Assembly: GCA_016840065.1 (NCBI GenBank)
Contig: JAEOTB010000037.1
Coordinates: 32,001-96,000, forward strand
From: Candidatus Hermodarchaeota archaeon
GTDB lineage: Archaea > Asgardarchaeota > Hermodarchaeia > Hermodarchaeales > Hermodarchaeaceae
Direction: 5' to 3'
DNA length: 64,000 bases
The notes below the pieces were generated by a model, which saw only the letters and a program-made list of their open reading frames with translations, did not search any database and was not told the origin of the DNA. Position 1 is the stretch's first letter; every line of letters starts with the position of its first letter. Positions 58,766 through 64,000 of this stretch are shown here, piece by piece. The translations under genes and the position numbers were made by a program.

Positions 58766-58779
58766 GCTATAAAACTCTT
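58766..58779 (-). promoter_or_regulatory. BRE-TATA promoter of rps12
   Basis: Minus strand AAGAGTTTTATAGC. Confidence 0.6.
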
Positions 58780-58807
58780 GCTATATTATCTTGAATTCAG
58801 ACGCCCT

Positions 58808-59254
58808 CTATGCGATGGCGATTGTGTCAACACCGTGATGTCGTTTTGCTAAGATGCGAGCGCGCCCTATATTTCGTCCATTGCGACCGATTACGCGACC
58901 ACGCTGTTCAGCACTCACAGTTATGACTGCGACCCTTCTGCCACTGGGCTGTTCCTGAACCTTCACCGCTTTAACTTGCGCAGGTGCAAGTGCGTTTCGT
59001 ATGAGTTCCTCTGGAGTTCCAGCTGCCTCCACAACATCAACATCCCGCTTCATTATTGTACGGACTCGTTTTATTGTGGCACCACGACGACCTATTGCGA
59101 GACCAAGGTGACCAGGAGATACCACAAATATAATGCGATCACCCTCTTGGTCGATAACACAGTCTCTAACTTCGGCTCCGGTTATGTCGCCAAAGAGGGC
59201 TATCAGCTTCATTTCTTCCATATTAAATTTGATTGATGTTGAGGAAGATGTCAC
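58808..59254 (-). CDS. nusA: Archaeal NusA-like KH protein
   Basis: Two KH GxxG motifs (AIGRRG, VIGRNGRNI); conserved position after rpl30e. Confidence 0.93.
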   Translation of the reverse strand: MTSSSTSIKFNMEEMKLIALFGDITGAEVRDCVIDQEGDRIIFVVSPGHLGLAIGRRGATIKRVRTIMKRDVDVVEAAGTPEELIRNALAPAQVKAVKVQEQPSGRRVAVITVSAEQRGRVIGRNGRNIGRARILAKRHHGVDTIAIA

Positions 59255-59256
59255 TA

Positions 59257-59559
59257 CTAGTCCGCTCCAGTTAGGATGCTGATATCTGCATCACCAGGCT
59301 CAAGTACTGTAAGAGTGGTTACCATGTGGGGGCGTCCGCAGAGCTGCCCAAGATCCCAACTATTGCTTCTATAGTGATGGATAGGTACTTGGTTAATACT
59401 CGCTAGACTACTTATTCTCTCCACAACTTCAGATTGTGTATTACCCGCGAGGATTATCACCCGTGGAGAACCCACACGAAGTAGGTGCAAAGCTCTGCGT
59501 GTACCAAGAACTGTTCTTCCTGATTTTACTGATAATCGAATAGCTGTTTCTGCGTCCAT
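59257..59559 (-). CDS. rpl30e: 50S ribosomal protein L30e
   Basis: KSGRTVLG, IILAGN, LGQLCGRPHMV..LEPGDADI. Confidence 0.93.
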   Translation of the reverse strand: MDAETAIRLSVKSGRTVLGTRRALHLLRVGSPRVIILAGNTQSEVVERISSLASINQVPIHHYRSNSWDLGQLCGRPHMVTTLTVLEPGDADISILTGAD

Positions 59560-59586
59560 AAGATTTCACATCTCACCATACTGTTT

Positions 59587-60786
<1,200 letters not shown>

Positions 60787-63423
60787 CTACCTCTTTTGGC
60801 TTAGGACGCGTTCGATAATAGCGGCGAGGTTTACGGCTTTCCCATGGTCGCTTCGAGCAGGGTCCACACCATCCTCTCCATACCTAAACTGGATGATAGT
60901 ACCTTCCGAGTTTCGGACTGTTTCGTCATATTCGACCTTGATGTTCTGGAGTGCATTGATAAGGCGTCGCTGCATATAACCGCTAGTACTTGTTCTAACA
61001 GCTGTATCTACCAGTCCTTCCCGACCACCCATCGCATGAAAGAAAAATTCTACTGGGTCGAGTCCTCTACGGTAGCTTGATTCAACGAAGCCACGGGCTT
61101 GGGGGCTTAGGTCGCCTGATTTGAAGTGTGGTAGTGTTCGTCCACGGTAGCCTCGAGAGATTCTTTTTCCACGTACTGCTTGCTGACCTACGCAAGCTGC
61201 CATTTGGGCAAGGTTGAGCGCGTTTCCTTTGGCACCTGTTGATGTCATTATTACTGCGTGCTTGTCTAGTCCTAGTTCCTGACCTGCCACTGCTCCTGCC
61301 CCATCCCGCGCCTTGGACAAGAGTTCCATCATTAGATTCTCAAAGGTCTCCTCTAGTGATAAACCAGGTGTTCTTTGTAGTTCATTTGCTCTAAAGGCTT
61401 GAATAAGTTTTAGCCCGTTTTCTTCTGCTTCTTTCAGGATGTCTTCAATTCGTCGGACAGCAGCAGATTCGAGAGTGACGTCGTCGATCCCCATGCTGAA
61501 ACCGCTGTTAGTGATCAAGGTTACTAATAAGGGACACATCGAATCAAGAAACCGGCGAGCCTCACTGTTGCTATAGTCTTTGACAATTCGGTGCAGTACG
61601 CTATTAGGTTGAGCTGCACCAAAGGCTTTCTTGTCGATAACACCTGTAAGCAGCTGGCCATTCCTAATTAATACGAAACTGTCGTAGAGACACTCTTCCT
61701 CCTGGCAAACGTCGCATTTACGGCAAACACTTGCCTTCAGAGAGAGATTCAGTTCCTTGGGGAGCAACATACTGAAAATCTGCTTTCCAGTCCACATTGG
61801 CTCTGGCTTTGTAACAGAGGGCTTTGGTAGGTCTTCTCGGTATCCTGCTGAAGCAAGTAACTGACAGGTCTGCGCCTTAGTGAAGAGAGTCCCCTTCCTT
61901 GTTAATAAGTAGGCAGATGAGATGTAGTCCTGAATCCCACCGATGATTGGTCCTCCATACCGAGGGCTAAGAATCTGCTCTTGAACAAGCATCAAGATAC
62001 GTGATTCAGCACGAGCCTCCTCACCCTGAGGAACATGAAGGTTCATCTCATCTCCATCAAAATCAGCGTTATAGGGGGGGCAAACGCAAAGACTTAGCCT
62101 GAATGTTCGGTAAGGCATCACCTTTACTTCATGAGCCATGATTGACATTCTGTGTAGTGATGGTTGTCGATTAAATAGAACAATGTCCCCAGTGCGAAGA
62201 TGGCGTTCAATGATGTGTCCAGCATCAAGCCCATCTGCATTTGTTTTTCGGTCTTTAACAAATCGGAGGTCAATTCGTTTGCCATCTGGGCGTATGATGT
62301 AGTTGCACCCAGGATGTTCTTTTGGCCCTCGTAACACTAGTTGGCGCATATCCTCAATATTCCATTCAGTAACACGTTCAGGTACAGTCAGTATTTTTGA
62401 TATCTCGAGCGGAACGCCAACTTCATTGATAGAAAGGTTGGGATCGGGGGATATGACTGTACGGGCTGAGAAGTCTACCCTCTTACCAGAGAGGTTGCTT
62501 CGGAACCGCCCCTCTTTACCTTTTAGGCGTTGAGCAAGTGTACGGAGTGCTCGACCAGACCTATGACGAGCGGGAGGAATCCCCGAGACCTCGTTATTGA
62601 AGTAAGTAGTAATGTGATACTGGAGGAGTTCCCATAGGTCTTCGACGATTAGTTGCGGTGCACCTGCTTCAATGTTTTCCCGGAGCCTCTGGTTAATGCG
62701 TATTACGTCGACTAGTTTATGTGTTAGGTCATCCTCGGATTTGACTCCTGATTCAAGTGTAATGGAGGGTCGAACTGCCACAGGGGGTACAGGTAGTACA
62801 ACGAGAATCATCCACTCGGGACGTGATACACGAGTGTCTATTCCCATCAGGTAGCTATCTCCTTCTGGAATCCGCTCTAGCCGGTCGCGAATATCTGTTG
62901 GTGTTAGCCGCACACTGCCCTCCATTTTTTCTTCGTAGAAGGTCGTTGGTTTCTCATACTTGACCTTATATTGTTCTGCTTCGCAGTGTGGACATGCTTT
63001 TGGTTTAGCTGCATCTTTAAGTACCGCATCAGCCAAATCTTGGTCTAATTGACCCGTTTTTTCGAAGATTTCATCCATTTTTTGCTTATAGACAGGAAAC
63101 AGCTCTAGCTTGAGCTTCAATCTAGCGCAACGTCTGCAGACCGATTTGAGGAATTTCTTGATTAACTTAGCAAAGCTTACATGCATGACTGGACGTGATA
63201 ATTCGATGTGACCGAAGTGTCCTGGACAGTCTCCTACACGATTTCCACATGTGCTACAACGTTGCCCAGGCTCAATTGTTCCGAGCTTACGATCCATAAG
63301 ACCAGAGGAAATTGGGAGCCCGTCCTCGTCGTATGTATCGGCTGTCACGATTTGTGTGACACTCATCTTGCGGATAATTTCTGGTGCAAGGAGTCCAAAC
63401 CAAATGCTTCCTATTTTTTTCAA
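60787..63423 (-). CDS. rpoA1: RNA polymerase subunit Rpo1N (A')
   Basis: CPGHFGHIEL, LKGKEGRFR, NRQPSLH, catalytic YNADFDGDEMN, GGREGLVDTAVRT; true start may be ATA at 63435. Confidence 0.98.
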   Translation of the reverse strand: MKKIGSIWFGLLAPEIIRKMSVTQIVTADTYDEDGLPISSGLMDRKLGTIEPGQRCSTCGNRVGDCPGHFGHIELSRPVMHVSFAKLIKKFLKSVCRRCARLKLKLELFPVYKQKMDEIFEKTGQLDQDLADAVLKDAAKPKACPHCEAEQYKVKYEKPTTFYEEKMEGSVRLTPTDIRDRLERIPEGDSYLMGIDTRVSRPEWMILVVLPVPPVAVRPSITLESGVKSEDDLTHKLVDVIRINQRLRENIEAGAPQLIVEDLWELLQYHITTYFNNEVSGIPPARHRSGRALRTLAQRLKGKEGRFRSNLSGKRVDFSARTVISPDPNLSINEVGVPLEISKILTVPERVTEWNIEDMRQLVLRGPKEHPGCNYIIRPDGKRIDLRFVKDRKTNADGLDAGHIIERHLRTGDIVLFNRQPSLHRMSIMAHEVKVMPYRTFRLSLCVCPPYNADFDGDEMNLHVPQGEEARAESRILMLVQEQILSPRYGGPIIGGIQDYISSAYLLTRKGTLFTKAQTCQLLASAGYREDLPKPSVTKPEPMWTGKQIFSMLLPKELNLSLKASVCRKCDVCQEEECLYDSFVLIRNGQLLTGVIDKKAFGAAQPNSVLHRIVKDYSNSEARRFLDSMCPLLVTLITNSGFSMGIDDVTLESAAVRRIEDILKEAEENGLKLIQAFRANELQRTPGLSLEETFENLMMELLSKARDGAGAVAGQELGLDKHAVIMTSTGAKGNALNLAQMAACVGQQAVRGKRISRGYRGRTLPHFKSGDLSPQARGFVESSYRRGLDPVEFFFHAMGGREGLVDTAVRTSTSGYMQRRLINALQNIKVEYDETVRNSEGTIIQFRYGEDGVDPARSDHGKAVNLAAIIERVLSQKR

Positions 63424-63449
63424 TCGGTATGATATTTTCTATTCCTCCT

Positions 63450-64000
63450 TCAAGTCCTATCAGCGAGTTTTAGCCTGGGCCATATCCCTAGGGAAATCAG
63501 TTCTTGCAGTACAAGTTTGAAGGCGTATGATATATTTACCTTACTTATTGCTGTGGTCCTAGGTGAGCAGACTGGACAACGGTGGCGGTCGCGGTTTCGA
63601 TCATATTCTGCGAGCATTCCACACCCTTCACATACTGATGCAGTGTACTTGTCAGATTCCTCTAGGAGACGTTCTCGGAGGAGAAGTGCAGCTCCGTGCC
63701 CAATAAGGCAGTCGCGCTCCATTTCGCCGAATCTGAGTCCTCCTTCCCTAGCTCGGCCCTCTGTTGGTTGTCGTGTAAGAATCTGTACGGGACCTCGTGC
63801 TCTAGCATGCATCTTATCAGCAACTAGGTGATGAAGTTTTTGATAGTAGATGACACCAATGAACAAGTCTACTTCATATTTTTGCCCTGTAATTCCATTG
63901 TACATAGTCTCTCGTCCGCTGTATTTGAAGCCTAGCTCGCGCATCTCTTTGAATAATTCTTGAACCTTAATCCCTGAAAACGGAGTGCCATCTATCTTTT
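63450..64000 (-). CDS. rpoB: RNA polymerase subunit Rpo2 (B), C-terminal part (partial)
   Basis: YYQKLHHLVADKMHARARGP, RQPTEGRAREGGLRFGEMERD, zinc finger, SYAFKLVLQEL. Confidence 0.97.
   Translation of the reverse strand, partial: KIDGTPFSGIKVQELFKEMRELGFKYSGRETMYNGITGQKYEVDLFIGVIYYQKLHHLVADKMHARARGPVQILTRQPTEGRAREGGLRFGEMERDCLIGHGAALLLRERLLEESDKYTASVCEGCGMLAEYDRNRDRHRCPVCSPRTTAISKVNISYAFKLVLQELISLGIWPRLKLADRT

Overview
Archaeal chromosomal window. Split RpoA'/A'', EF-1alpha, thermosome, archease/RtcB and PurP are all present; the EF-1alpha and RNAP sequences look TACK/Asgard-like, but the lineage cannot be fixed by eye. Contents in order: partial glmS; a transglutaminase-like/DUF4350/MoxR/DUF58 operon; queD-like gene; thermosome; ECF S component; gcvPA/PB; rpl3-4-23-2; intron-containing tRNA-Ser(UGA) followed by archease, rtcB and a SPOUT methyltransferase; a ~17 kb de novo purine/folate cluster; and the rpoB-rpoA1-rpoA2-rpl30e-nusA-rps12-rps7-[13.7 kb island]-tuf-rps10 region. 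Main discovery: two apparently broken protein-coding genes are interrupted by tiny tRNA-type bulge-helix-bulge (BHB) introns. EF-1alpha carries two (29 nt, 43524-43552; 31 nt, 43365-43395) and the MoxR ATPase one (26 nt, 7546-7571). Cutting after the second nucleotide of each 3-nt bulge (the archaeal splicing-endonuclease rule) restores the frame and the conserved motifs exactly in all three cases, and each intron carries an in-frame stop. This points to EndA/RtcB-dependent mRNA splicing of an essential translation factor, with the ligase and its archease cofactor encoded in the same window. Secondary: an island between rps7 and tuf, bounded by short repeats, encodes a 2796-aa surface/membrane protein and a putative two-gene defence module (ABC-ATPase-TOPRIM plus HD-CE/Hsp90-like ATPase).
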